Source: the human T2T-CHM13v2.0 reference genome, Homo sapiens
NCBI RefSeq assembly: GCF_009914755.1
Contig: NC_060925.1
Strand: one strand, 5' to 3'
DNA length: 64,000 nucleotides
The notes under the pieces were generated by a model. That model made no database searches, was not told where the DNA came from, and saw only the letters and a list, made by a program, of their open reading frames with translations. This document shows positions 52,283-64,000 of this stretch, piece after piece; the first letter of the stretch is position 1, and every line of letters starts with the position of its first letter. A program made the position numbers and the translations under genes.

Positions 52283-53254
52283 GCCAATATTCAGCCTACC
52301 ATGGCAGTATCAGAATTCTGAAATCTTTGAAGTAAAAGGGAAAAAATTAATGAAAGCTTCTAGGAATCAAGGTCATAAAAGGCAATCAAATATTGAAAAA
52401 TGGGCACGATGAGAACTGACCGATGAATACCAGCAATAAATAATATGTCACAATGCAGCAGCAAATATTTCAGATATATAACAAGGACATCCATGCAAAG
52501 GTATTTTTCGCAGCTTAACAACAGCATACAAAAGGAATAGAAAACAAGTAATAGAGTGAGAGATGGATGGGGTCAAGAAATACTTGTCAGAAAGGTGATG
52601 ATTTAGAAAGTATATGGCCATTACTGTGAGAATAACAGAGTGGCACTTTTTTATTCTCAGTTTTCACTGGTGATCAGATAGTTGACCTCATGAGACAAAA
52701 AGAAGTCAGGGATTACTGTAAAAATATGGTATTGGGATTCATCTTTTTAAGCAAAAATTTTGCCATCTTCTGAAGTGGAAAGGTAAAAAGTCAAATAGTC
52801 TGATGTAGGTATAAAAGCTTAATTTTTATTTTGGAAATCATAATTTATATCTATAAATCCTATTTAAATGTACACGAATTTGTTGTCTAAAAGATATGCA
52901 CATATTAGAAAATCATAACTTTTTCATTGGTAATAATCAAAATGATGAATTCTTGTCTCTCTCTCCATCTGCCCCCATCCCCTCCCCACCTTCTCTCCAT
53001 TCTGTTGGCTGGCTTTAGTTCAGGCCTTCTTTTCCTATTTCCTGGATTATTCTTTTAGTGTAACTTGTCTCTAGATTTTTATCTACCCCTCTCTGATCTA
53101 CTTTATATTATGCTGTTGTATTAATTAATTATGTCATTCCATGCTTAAAAACCTTTAATTTATTGCTGGAGAATAAACTTTACACCTTTTGGCCTGACAT
53201 TGAAGCCCTTCTAAATTTAGTTGCCCTGATATGAATGAGTGACGTGCTGCAGGA

Positions 53255-53450
53255 GAAAGAGGTGAGGAGTTGGGAGACCTTGGCTGCTGCCCAATTCTAC
53301 TGCTTACCAAACTGTGAACTTGGGCAAAGCAATTAGCTTCCACGAGCCAGAGCTACTTCATCTTGAAGTTGTAGAGTATCATAATGCCTGGATTAAAAGG
53401 TTGTTAAGGGAATCATATTTTTAAAACAATGACTATGAAAGCACTTTAAG
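53255..53450 (+). mobile_element. MIR SINE
   Basis: ggagttgggagacctt...ctgtgaacttgggcaaagc...tatgaaagcacttt. Confidence 0.6.
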
Positions 53451-53582
53451 TGGACAACAAAATGTTATCCTTATTCTTGTTTGTGATTATTCTTCCCATC
53501 TTTTCCTCCATTGAATGTCCTTACGCACTGTCTACTCTGAAGTATTTAATATTCTTCACAAATAGCCCACACTTTACTTTTT

Positions 53583-54046
53583 TGTATTAGTTTTCTATTG
53601 CTGCTGCAACCACAGTACACACAAATTTGGGGGCTTAAAACTATGCAAGTTTATTATCTTATAATTCTAGAGGTCAGAAGCGGAAAACGGGCCTCAGTAG
53701 GCTAAAATCAAGGTGTTGGCAGAGCTGTGTTTCTTCTGGATGTGCTGTGGGGAATTTGTCTGTTTGCATTTTCTGGCATCTAGAGGCTGCCCACATTCCA
53801 GCAATTGCATCACTCTGACCTCTGCTTTTGTTCTCCTGTCTCCTTCTCTGACTCACACTCCTGTCTCCCTCCTAGAAGAACTATCCTGACCGTGACCATG
53901 TTTAGGGCCCACTTAGATAATCCAGGATAATTTCCCCATCTCAATTCCCTTAATTTAATCACTCTTCAAAGTCCCTTTTGCCCAGTAAGATAATGTAGGG
54001 GTTAAGATATAGACACTTCCAGGGACCAATTTTTTTGCCTACCACA
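53583..54046 (-). mobile_element. MLT1D-type MaLR LTR
   Basis: tgtattagttttctattgctgctg...ggctaaaatcaaggtgttggcag...gataatccaggataatttccccatctca...gcctaccaca. Confidence 0.88.
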
Positions 54047-56001
54047 TTTTGCTGAGTTTCTCCTTCCACCTTGGGTTTGCTACTCCCAAAGCACAAGTGC
54101 ACATCCTACTTAAGTGTCTTCTTTGCTACAAACCTTTTCAGTTACTCCCAACTGGAAAAAAATCTCTTTCCTTAGTAAACTCTCTGTGGTAGGAGAAACA
54201 TTTTTAAGGTGGCCACGTGTTTCCTCTACCAATCTTCAACTGGATATTTTGAATGTTGCTTTCTTAGCTACTCTCCACTTCTCAGATCTGTGAAGACAGG
54301 TGCTGACGAGGGACCCCAGGGGAGGGCAGATGATGAATGAAAGACTTTATTGTTTTAGAGCTCAGAGAGAAATCCTCCCATTGCTTTTCACAGCACCATG
54401 AAGGAACAAAATAAAGGGCTTTAATTAGTTGGCTATAAGCAGCTTCTTGGACTTTCTTAAGTGATTTTGAGAAAAGAGACAAGCAAGAAAGAACAAGCCT
54501 AGCAGTTACCTGTTCTTCCACGAAGCTCTGCCTAAGGATTAGGATGCTTAGGTTCCATCATAAACTTGACTGACAAGAGCCAAAAGTGTTTTAGGGTAAG
54601 ACTGAGTCAACTGGTTCACAGGTATTAAGCTTAGAAAAATAAGAATTTTTTTTCATTGGACTGGAAGAATGGAAGCATAGTCTGTTTCTCTTAGACATAA
54701 ATAACAAATAATGCATAATACATATATATTTTGTTTTTAGGATCACACATTTTTTTTCTAGCTAAATCCCAATATCTTTTAGCATTAGAATTTAAGGCTA
54801 ACATAATTGTGACTAAAATTATAGTTTAGCCATAGAAAGATGTTAGCAGGATTCTTTCTTCTTCTTTAAAGAAATAGTTATCTAAAAAGATTTTATTCAT
54901 AGTTCACAGGTTGGGCTTTAAAAAAATGGAGATAATTTTTAATTTTTAAAAAAACTGGATATCTTTCTCTACCTGATGATAATTATATAGGTAATACAAT
55001 ACTTACTAAGTCTTTAAAAAGTGATTATGGACAAGGACAGGTGTTTCAATGCTTAAAAAGAAAAACAAAAACAAAACCTCATCTAATAGAATCAGGTTAT
55101 AAAGTAATCAGAATTCATCAGCAATAAAGTTTAATTCCATGGCACTGTACTGTTATCTGTCAAACATTCTTACAATTAAGAGAAAATATCTCCCAGCGTT
55201 TCCATGGTGCTAGAGCATTCCAGTAGAACAGCCAACCCACACAGGGCTGAGGAGCTATAAAATATTAATTCAGTATAAGTATGCATCTGACAATCTTAAC
55301 ATTTATTATAGGTTATAGCAATTTTGCCCTAACAAGTGATTCAGTTAAAATGAACACTGCCAAATATTGGAGAACAGGGTACACCTTCCCACTTTCTCAA
55401 AAGACAGGTTTTTTTAAAAAAGCTTAAGACAATAAGGACCATTTGCACAATAGAGAGCTTTTCATAATCACCATTTATATATCATGAGGGATAAGGAAGA
55501 ATGAGGGTTGAACAACACCCATTGGAAATGTAGCTGGGGCATGCATGTAGGGGGCAGGGTGGGAGATTTTAGGGGCACAGCTAAAACAAGTTTGTTTCCA
55601 ATAGGCCTTACTTGTCAGGAATCAAAGAACTGATAAAGTGGAAGAAAGAGGCTCTTTCTCCTAACCAATGCCAGAGGAAGAAAATATCTGAAAGGGAAGA
55701 AGGGGGCTTGGATCCTGTTTGACCAATCCTAACAGTGGTTCATCAGGGTGCCAGAAATAACACCACTCAGACAGGAACCACACTACATGTTGAACAAACT
55801 AAAAATCGTCATTTCTATTCCCAGTTAGAGAGAGGGCTTCATATAAGGTTCCTGTAAACTAAGCTAGTCCTCCTATGTCAGGACAGGAGTATTCATAACT
55901 TGTGAATGGGAAGCTTCTTTCATTATGTATATTTCCCCCTAAAACATTCCCTTTATTTGTTAAAAATATTTATATTATAAGAGGCTGAGATTTACAGTTA
56001 A

Positions 56002-56305
<304 letters not shown>

Positions 56306-57174
56306 CTTGTAATGTCTTTATGGTAACTCATTTTGGCATTTGTCATTCCTTTAACTATCATAGCTGGCACTTTTATCTGAAATGCTATAGTGAAGAAAGT
56401 CTAGTATAGATTCCAGGGAGCTATAGTGTTAACACCAGTGCCTCATTTGCAAAGTATTTGGGAGATGGAAAGGGATTTCTTGTTCAAAAATATTTAAGCC
56501 AATATTTTCTCACCCTCTCATCAACGATTGATTTTTTTACTCTTTCTAGTTTTTCAGACACTCATGGCCAGGGTCTGTAGGCATTGTCTTTTAACGAATG
56601 AAGAAAATATGAGTACCGAAATATACATGTCTTAAATAAGAAAATAAATACTTCAAACAACAAAATAAAGCCTTCTTTTTACTGTTAAAATGACTACTCC
56701 CAACAGAAAAGTGAGCACAGGAATGAATATGTAATTCACAATAATTTAATTATGAAAATAATGTTATAATTGTTAATAAGACCTAACATTTACCAGTTTT
56801 TTATTACTATTTTATTTTATTTTTATGAGAACCCCAAGGAGGAGGCTCTACTATTATTATTCTTGTTTTGCAGAGAATTTCTCTAACTTATCTAATATGA
56901 CACAACTCTATGCAGAGAAACAAAATGCAAATAAACACCATGTGATTTTAGAGTCCAGGCTTTCACCACTGAAAAGTTCAAACTGATGAATAGAAGGAAG
57001 GAAGGAAGAAAGGGAAGAAAAAGAGAAAAAGAAGAGAATAACGGTCTACTCCTTTTACCTACCAAGTTGGCAGCTTTTGATTTTATTGTGGTTTTTAAAG
57101 ATTAATTCTCAATGTTAGTGAAGGCTGGAGGAAACTTGAACTCATAGTATTTGTGGGACTATTAATGATACCAT

Positions 57175-57552
57175 CTAACTCCCTTGCTAAAGCAGTTGAC
57201 TCAGGAATGAGCACATGACCCAAATTCATCCAACGTGAAGTTTAGGCCTTTTGTTTGAGAATTGGGGAAAATGTGTTTTATTTTCTGAGCCTCAAGGAGT
57301 AAAAGTGTACTTCTAAGAGTAATTTGCAGCCCATTTTGTATCTGTGAGGCTCATAGCACTGTAGGCAGAGCAGGAGACCAAAACAAGCAGGGTTCTTGGT
57401 GGCATTGTTGTGCTACTGGAGAAAACCAATTCTGTGACCTGAATTATTTCTAGACTGTATTTATGAGATACATTAAAAAGGCTTTATTTAAGCCATTCCA
57501 TTGATTGAGGCTTTTTTTTTTTCAGTAAATGGTAACTGAAGACACTGTGATT
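57175..57552 (+). mobile_element. Old MLT1 (J/K-like) LTR within an L1ME relic
   Basis: tcaggaatgagcacatgacccaa...tgcagcccattttg...ttatttaagcca...aactgaagacac. Confidence 0.55.
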
Positions 57553-57917
57553 GATATGCACATCAAAAGCCTTAGCATTTTGAATTTGATTTGACTAAGC
57601 AATTTCAGCACAAGGATTTTATAATAATGATATAATCAGGAGCAATGTGCAATGATAAAGCCATAAGAATGTAGCACTTTATTCTATAGGATAAAACAGT
57701 ATGAAGGAAAACATAATCAAATTACTTTGTTTTAAATAGCAAAACATTGGGAAACAAACCTAATTTTCCAACAATAGAGGATTGATTGATAAATTATGGT
57801 ACATTAATAAAATAAAATAGTATGGTGACACAATATTATAATGCCACAGGCAGTTTCCTAACACAGAAATATTTACAATATATTTAATTGAAAAAGGCAG
57901 GTTAAAAACATATACAT

Positions 57918-58236
<319 letters not shown>

Positions 58237-58985
58237 TTAAATAATGTATACTATCAAAATATTAAATATATTAAACTAATGTAATTAAATAGATTAAATC
58301 AATATTTTATTAAACACATATATATGCACATACACGTATTAAAGAAGTATAAAGCTCTTAAAATATTATTTCTGAAGGTGGGATATTATAGGTAATTTTA
58401 ATTTTTTATTTATATTTTTTTCAATATTTAAGGATATACATTTTTGTCAAATAATAATGAAGGTTACCGCCGAATAACTATAATTTATCTCAACTTGAAG
58501 TGCACAACGTTTGAGACCTTAACAAGAGTTTATAATATTTCTATGCGTTCCTCTAATGCATGAATACCTAACACCACTTTCAGGGAAGCCCCCAGTGCCT
58601 GTTGCTTGCAGAAGCAGAAAAGTTCTCACTGCCTGGAGATTCAAGGTTGCAGTCAGAGCTGATCCTCTAACCTCTCCCCTGGCTCCTCTGCTCATCTTTA
58701 AGCACGTTGTGATTTTTTTCCCTTTTCCTTGAGACTTAGCTCTACAATTTTATTTATTGTTCCTCCCCCTGCAATTTTGTCACCTCAGTCACACCTTTAC
58801 GGTATTATTTCTTTTTATTTCACTCCCATCTTCACCATTTTTCGACTTCATAAGCTTTCTGTAGGCACCTTTATGTCTTTTCCCCTGCTTTACCTAATTA
58901 TTCTTTTGTTAATTCCTTCATTTATTGTTTTACTTTTTCATTCACTTATTTTTTCACTTATTAAGCTATGTCCCCTGCAAAAATT

Positions 58986-59054
58986 CATCCATCTTTCCAT
59001 CCATCCATCCATCCATCCATCCATCCATCCATCCATCCATCCAGGCATTCATCC
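58986..59054. repeat. (TCCA)n microsatellite
   Basis: About 11 perfect units plus degenerate flanks; explains the SIHP/PSIH ORFs. Confidence 0.95.
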
Positions 59055-59410
59055 CTTCCTCCCTTAATAGTCTCCAGCATGGGTCAGATGCTGATAGGCA
59101 CAACACAACCCATAGAGAGCAAATATACAACATGTCTAATTCTTTCTTACACTATTGACTAGAGGCATCTAAATGAATGGTTGGTATTAAGGAGCAAAAA
59201 AAGAGGGCCCAGTAATTAAGTGAGGGCAATAGAAGGGAGAACCAAAGATACATTTCTGGTTAGGCTTTTACAGCAAATTTGCCTTTCTCCTTTCCTCTTC
59301 AGACAAAATAAGCTTTTAAGCTTTCATCTTAACCAAGCATATATCTCATTAAGTCCTGCCTTGCCTCTCTCAGACACTCAATTCTCTGTTTTCGTTCTCA
59401 CTTAATGTTA

Positions 59411-59749
<339 letters not shown>

Positions 59750-60789
59750 TTAGACTTTGTACATAGCCTGTGTATCCACTAGGATGTATATTCCATGAAG
59801 GCAGGGATTTTCATTCATTTAATTAACTTCCATATGCTGAACAAATATTAATTGGATGTTGAATAAAAGAATGCTTTGAATTTTGCACTCAGTCCTCCCT
59901 TAAATCAGAAATCAAAAGAACAAACTTTTGCCTTCATCCTTTTTGCTTTTCTCTCCCCTTTTCTTCACTTGAGGTAATTTTGTCTTATGTTGCTGGAGAA
60001 CAGGGTTTATTCTGCAGCAATGGAGTTAGGATCAACTGTGTGCAGACGGCATATATGTGTGGAATCATCTCACATCATCCAGTGCTATACACATTTCAAC
60101 CCTGCAGTTTTCCCTTAAGTGATGCATATTCTCCTCCTATGGTCTGTTGCCTATATTATGATATATCAGTAAATGCAACCAATAAATGTAGCTATCCTTT
60201 AGCTGACTTTAAAAAAATTATTCAATTCAATTAAGATGGTTAGTCCTGTAGCTCAGTGCACATACATTTTCACATAGGCCACACCAACTTTTGCTCTTTG
60301 GATCACTTACATGAAAGTTGAAGCTACATACAGTGCAGATGGAGTTATACACAGTGCAATTTTGAGCCATTAGCCATCACTTGCACAGATCTATAAATGA
60401 GTATTTGTGTTTATTCTCAAAGGGGGATTCCTCAGGGAGTTGGAAAGCCTTCTTGCGAGGTTTGATAGTTCTTTGTTTACCCAAAGCCCTTTTTCAGAGG
60501 GTAGGAAAGTCACTATGGTTGAAGTCAGCACATTGGTTCTCACGTGGGCTAAGGCTGCTTAACTAAAGGTTGGTGTGAATGCTGGTGCTCCTCCAGGGAT
60601 AAAAAGCAGATTATTTAAAGATTTCATTCCTAGAGCTCTGCTTTTATGTGGGCTTCCTCTCAACTTGCAATTGTGGACTCTTCGAATTCTTCATGAATAC
60701 ATTCTTAAAGTCATAGTCCCCATCACATTTTTAAAAAATGTGGATTTGTTTTATTATTTTTTAAAAACTAAATATGAATGTTTCTCATT

Positions 60790-62380
60790 ACTGGAATAAT
60801 TCATATGCATGAATAAAATTTATGAAATGTAGAAGGTCATAAAAAGGAAATTAAACTATCCACAATTCCACTATATGCAGATAACTCTTTATTAAAATTT
60901 TGATATGTTTAAGTCTTTTTCAATGACTACACATATGTGTATATTCTTTTTATAAAAATAGAATAATTTCTTGTGACCTGAAGTCAGTCATTTAATATAT
61001 CTTAAACAGTTTTACTTGTTAGTAATATTTTTTGGAATTTTATATTTTAAGGTTGCATAATATAGCATTGTATTCATGTGTTGTAATTTATTTATTTTTC
61101 CTTTGTCAGGCACTGATTTTCAGCCACCCTAAATCATCCTGAAAGATAAATCTTTGTAATGAACCGTAATAATTCCTTTGGGATAAATTTCAAGATCTGG
61201 TATTTCTGGGACAAACGTGGTACACATATTTTCAAGGCTTTTATATGTATAGTCCAATTTTTCCATACACAGAAATAATTCATTGCTTCACCCACTGTGC
61301 CTAACTGTGCATGCTTCTCTGTACAGCCTCAGTGCAGCTATTTTTTCCTTCCTCCTTACATAATTTGAAGAGGATTTACCCTACCTTGGTGCCAAGGATG
61401 GCCCTGAGTACTTTAAGCCAACCTCCCTTTCTACAGTGATTGATCCAGGCACGAGTATTTAACACAGACCTAATCCAATTGGAAGGTGCCATTTCCCTGG
61501 ATGTGATGATTAGTTAAGAATTGGTCACATGACCTAAATTTATCCAATCAGAATGGATGTCAGGAGTGTACTGGTTGAGAAAAGTGGCACACTTCTTCCC
61601 AATGACGTGCTAAGAAGCTGACTCCTGGAATTACTGGAGCTGGCCATTTTGCCTCCATAATGGTAGCCACCTTAAGCACAATGCAGATAGATAGAACAGA
61701 TCTCAAGTATTAGAACTGGAGCTGGATCACTGATTAAATCATGCCTAAAAACAAATCTACTTCTGAATTTGACAAATTTTGAGAGTCCACTCATTTTTCA
61801 TGAAGTTAATTTGAAGTGATTTTGTTATTCGCGACCAAAAACATTTTAACTAGTAAATTTGTGTCTTCTTTTAAATAAAATATTTTTGCTAAAATACAGG
61901 CAAAAAGATAGTTTATTGCTGTTTTAGTTTATATTTATTTATGTGTAAGAATGATTTTTAAAATATATTTAATATTGACCATTTGGTATTCCTTCTTTAT
62001 GAATGACTTTGTATTCTATAAATATTTTTTAAAATTATATCTTCACGTGTTGCTTCTTACAGAATTAAAAGGAAGAAACTTGTAGTCAGACTCATTGGAA
62101 CATTTTCCGTGTTGGTTACTTGTTTTATAATTTTGAATATTATTTTAACATATTCAGAAAAATATAGATTTTATATATTAAATGTATCACTTTGTCTTTC
62201 ATAGACTCTATCTTGACTCATATTCTTTGCCATTCTAAAGCCAGAGAGATAGTAATTTATATTTTCCTCTAGTTCTGTATATTTGTGCTTATCTTCACGT
62301 TTAAATTTTTCATTAATTTGAAAATTATTTTGGTGCATTGTGTATGATAAGGCTAAACTGTACTTTCTTCCAAATAGTGA
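60790..62380 (-). mobile_element. L1ME-type relic interrupted by an MLT1 LTR
   Basis: ttttaaggttgcataatatagcattgta; tgggataaatttcaagatctggtatttctggg; ttttctctag...ttatttttggtg. Confidence 0.5.
61380..61855 (+). mobile_element. Old MLT1 (K-like) LTR
   Basis: cagtgattgatccaggc...ggtcacatgacctaa...tccaatcagaat...ggccattttgcc...ttgttattcgcgaccaaaaacattttaacta. Confidence 0.6.
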
Positions 62381-63156
62381 CAGCAACTAAATATTTGAGG
62401 CAAATAATCTTCAAATATAAAAATACCAGTACACCATTTGTTGTTTTGTTTTTCTTAATTTCCTCCCTGGAAAGTAGGAAAAGTTTTCCTTATTGGTTTT
62501 TTATTCAAGGTGTGATTTTAAAAAATCCATTTTTTATAAGCAACTTTTATTCTGAATTGTATTTTTGGCCCATGTGGGGGTGTTGGTGCTATGACTAAGA
62601 TTAGATGTTTCTATGGCTGCAGATTACTTTTTTTTTTAAGAGACAGGAACTTGCCTTTATCTTTCAAGTCCTATACAAAAGGCCTAGCAACTGGTTCACT
62701 GTGTCCTATAAATACATTTTACTGACACTTTGTAGTGGATATTCAAACAGGAAGTGGAGAACCAGGAACTAGAAAAAAATAGTCGTCCTAAATCTGCTGT
62801 TCAGAGATTAACACCAACAAAAAGGACCATGACAGTTCTTTACTTTTTCTTTGAATTGCAATCTTTTATGTTCCAACCACATAGAGATGGGAAAAGAAGT
62901 TTTAGGCCTTATGGGGAATTTTCTGATGAAAAGTTTTTAGAGGACTTTGGTACAGAGCTGCTTAATGAAGTGAAAAAAGATTTAGGCCGTTTCTGAAGGC
63001 CTGCAGTGAAAACAAAAGCGTCACAGTGATTTAAAAGTTGGGGGCATTTTAGCAGATTTATATAAGGGCTGATACTGTCCCATTATTGCAGGATGATCTC
63101 ATTCTAAGTGGACTGAATGGGGTACTGATTCTGTTTTGGATCGGTAGGCCTGTGTG

Positions 63157-63535
63157 GTGAGTGGACTCTACTGTGTGTTCTTCAGAGTGTAAGGGTCTTT
63201 ATGGAAATGATGGTTTAATTTAAATGTGATAGAATAAATAGAAAATAGAAATTGTCAAAAGAGGCCATGGAATGCTGGAAAGCTTTTATACATATTTATA
63301 ATGTCCTCTAATGCCTATGTGGCATGAAGAAATAGAACTAGGAGGAGTGAGTGTACTCTGCTATGTGCTCTTCAGAGTGTAGGGGTCTTTATGGAAATGA
63401 TGATTTAATTTAAATGTGACAGAATAAGTAGAAATTGTCAAAAGAGGCTGTGGAATGCTGGAAAGACTTCATACATATTTATAATGTCGTCTAATGCGTA
63501 CATGGCATGAAGAAATAAAAATAGGAGAAGTGAGT
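63157..63535. repeat. Tandem duplication of ~190 bp non-repeat sequence
   Basis: Copy 1 63157-63346 (190 bp) and copy 2 63347-63529 (183 bp), about 90% identical by eye; GTGAGT at all three boundaries. Confidence 0.95.
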
Positions 63536-63623
63536 AGTGGTTACTCCAATTGATTTTTGCTTCTAAATATCATTTCCATCTATCTTACCTATTCACATAT
63601 ATTACTACTGCTTTACTGTGGAC

Positions 63624-63881
63624 CAGGGATTGGCAAACCTTTTCTGAAAAGGGCCAAATACTAAATATTTTAGGTTTTACAGGCAAAACGACCAAATACT
63701 AAATATTTTAGGTTTTACAGGCCATATGGTCTCTGTTGCAACTCAACTCTGCTGTTATAGTATGATTACAACCTAGACAATATGTTAACAAACTGTTGTG
63801 GCTGTGTTCTAATAATACTTTATTTGCAAAAACAGGTGGTGGGCCTGGTTAGGCCTGTGAGCTATGAAATGCTGTCTCCTG
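63624..63881 (-). mobile_element. MER58A with internal 31-bp duplication
   Basis: cagggattggcaaaccttttctg...ggtctctgttgcaactcaactctg...tggctgtgttctaataatactttattt...cctg. Confidence 0.9.
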
Positions 63882-64000
63882 ACTGAGACCTGTGACATAT
63901 CTCACCAGGAGTTTTGTAATGGCTTCTCTTATTTATGATGAGTTCACTTCATTTCAGTTCCATAATCATTTATTGTTTTAGGCATTCACAATGCAAGCAT

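Noticed and set aside
58729-59162. Three overlapping ORFs with PSIH repeats
   Set aside because: Produced by the stop-free (TCCA)n microsatellite.

Overview
AT-rich, CpG-poor primate (human-like) genomic DNA, intronic or intergenic. I find no recognisable protein-coding exon, RNA gene or CpG island. About half of the window is decayed transposable elements: three large L1 copies, several older L1M fragments, about nine Alu/FLAM, a near full-length Tigger1, MER1/MER2/MER58 DNA-transposon derivatives, MaLR LTRs and an LTR-less MaLR internal segment, plus many L2/MIR relics. Most ORF-track entries are L1 ORF2, Tigger1 or Alu remnants, or chance ORFs. I do not see a novel biological system. The informative signal is structural: a probable short L1 3' transduction, a 40-bp fold-back inside an L1 3' UTR, an AluY with an inverted and re-duplicated target site, a tail-to-tail L1 rearrangement, a tail-less Alu, a 190-bp tandem duplication that triplicates a GTGAGT donor motif behind a candidate micro-exon, and a 207-codon non-repeat ORF. 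Subfamily names come from recalled consensus motifs, not a database search. Boundaries of old repeats are approximate.
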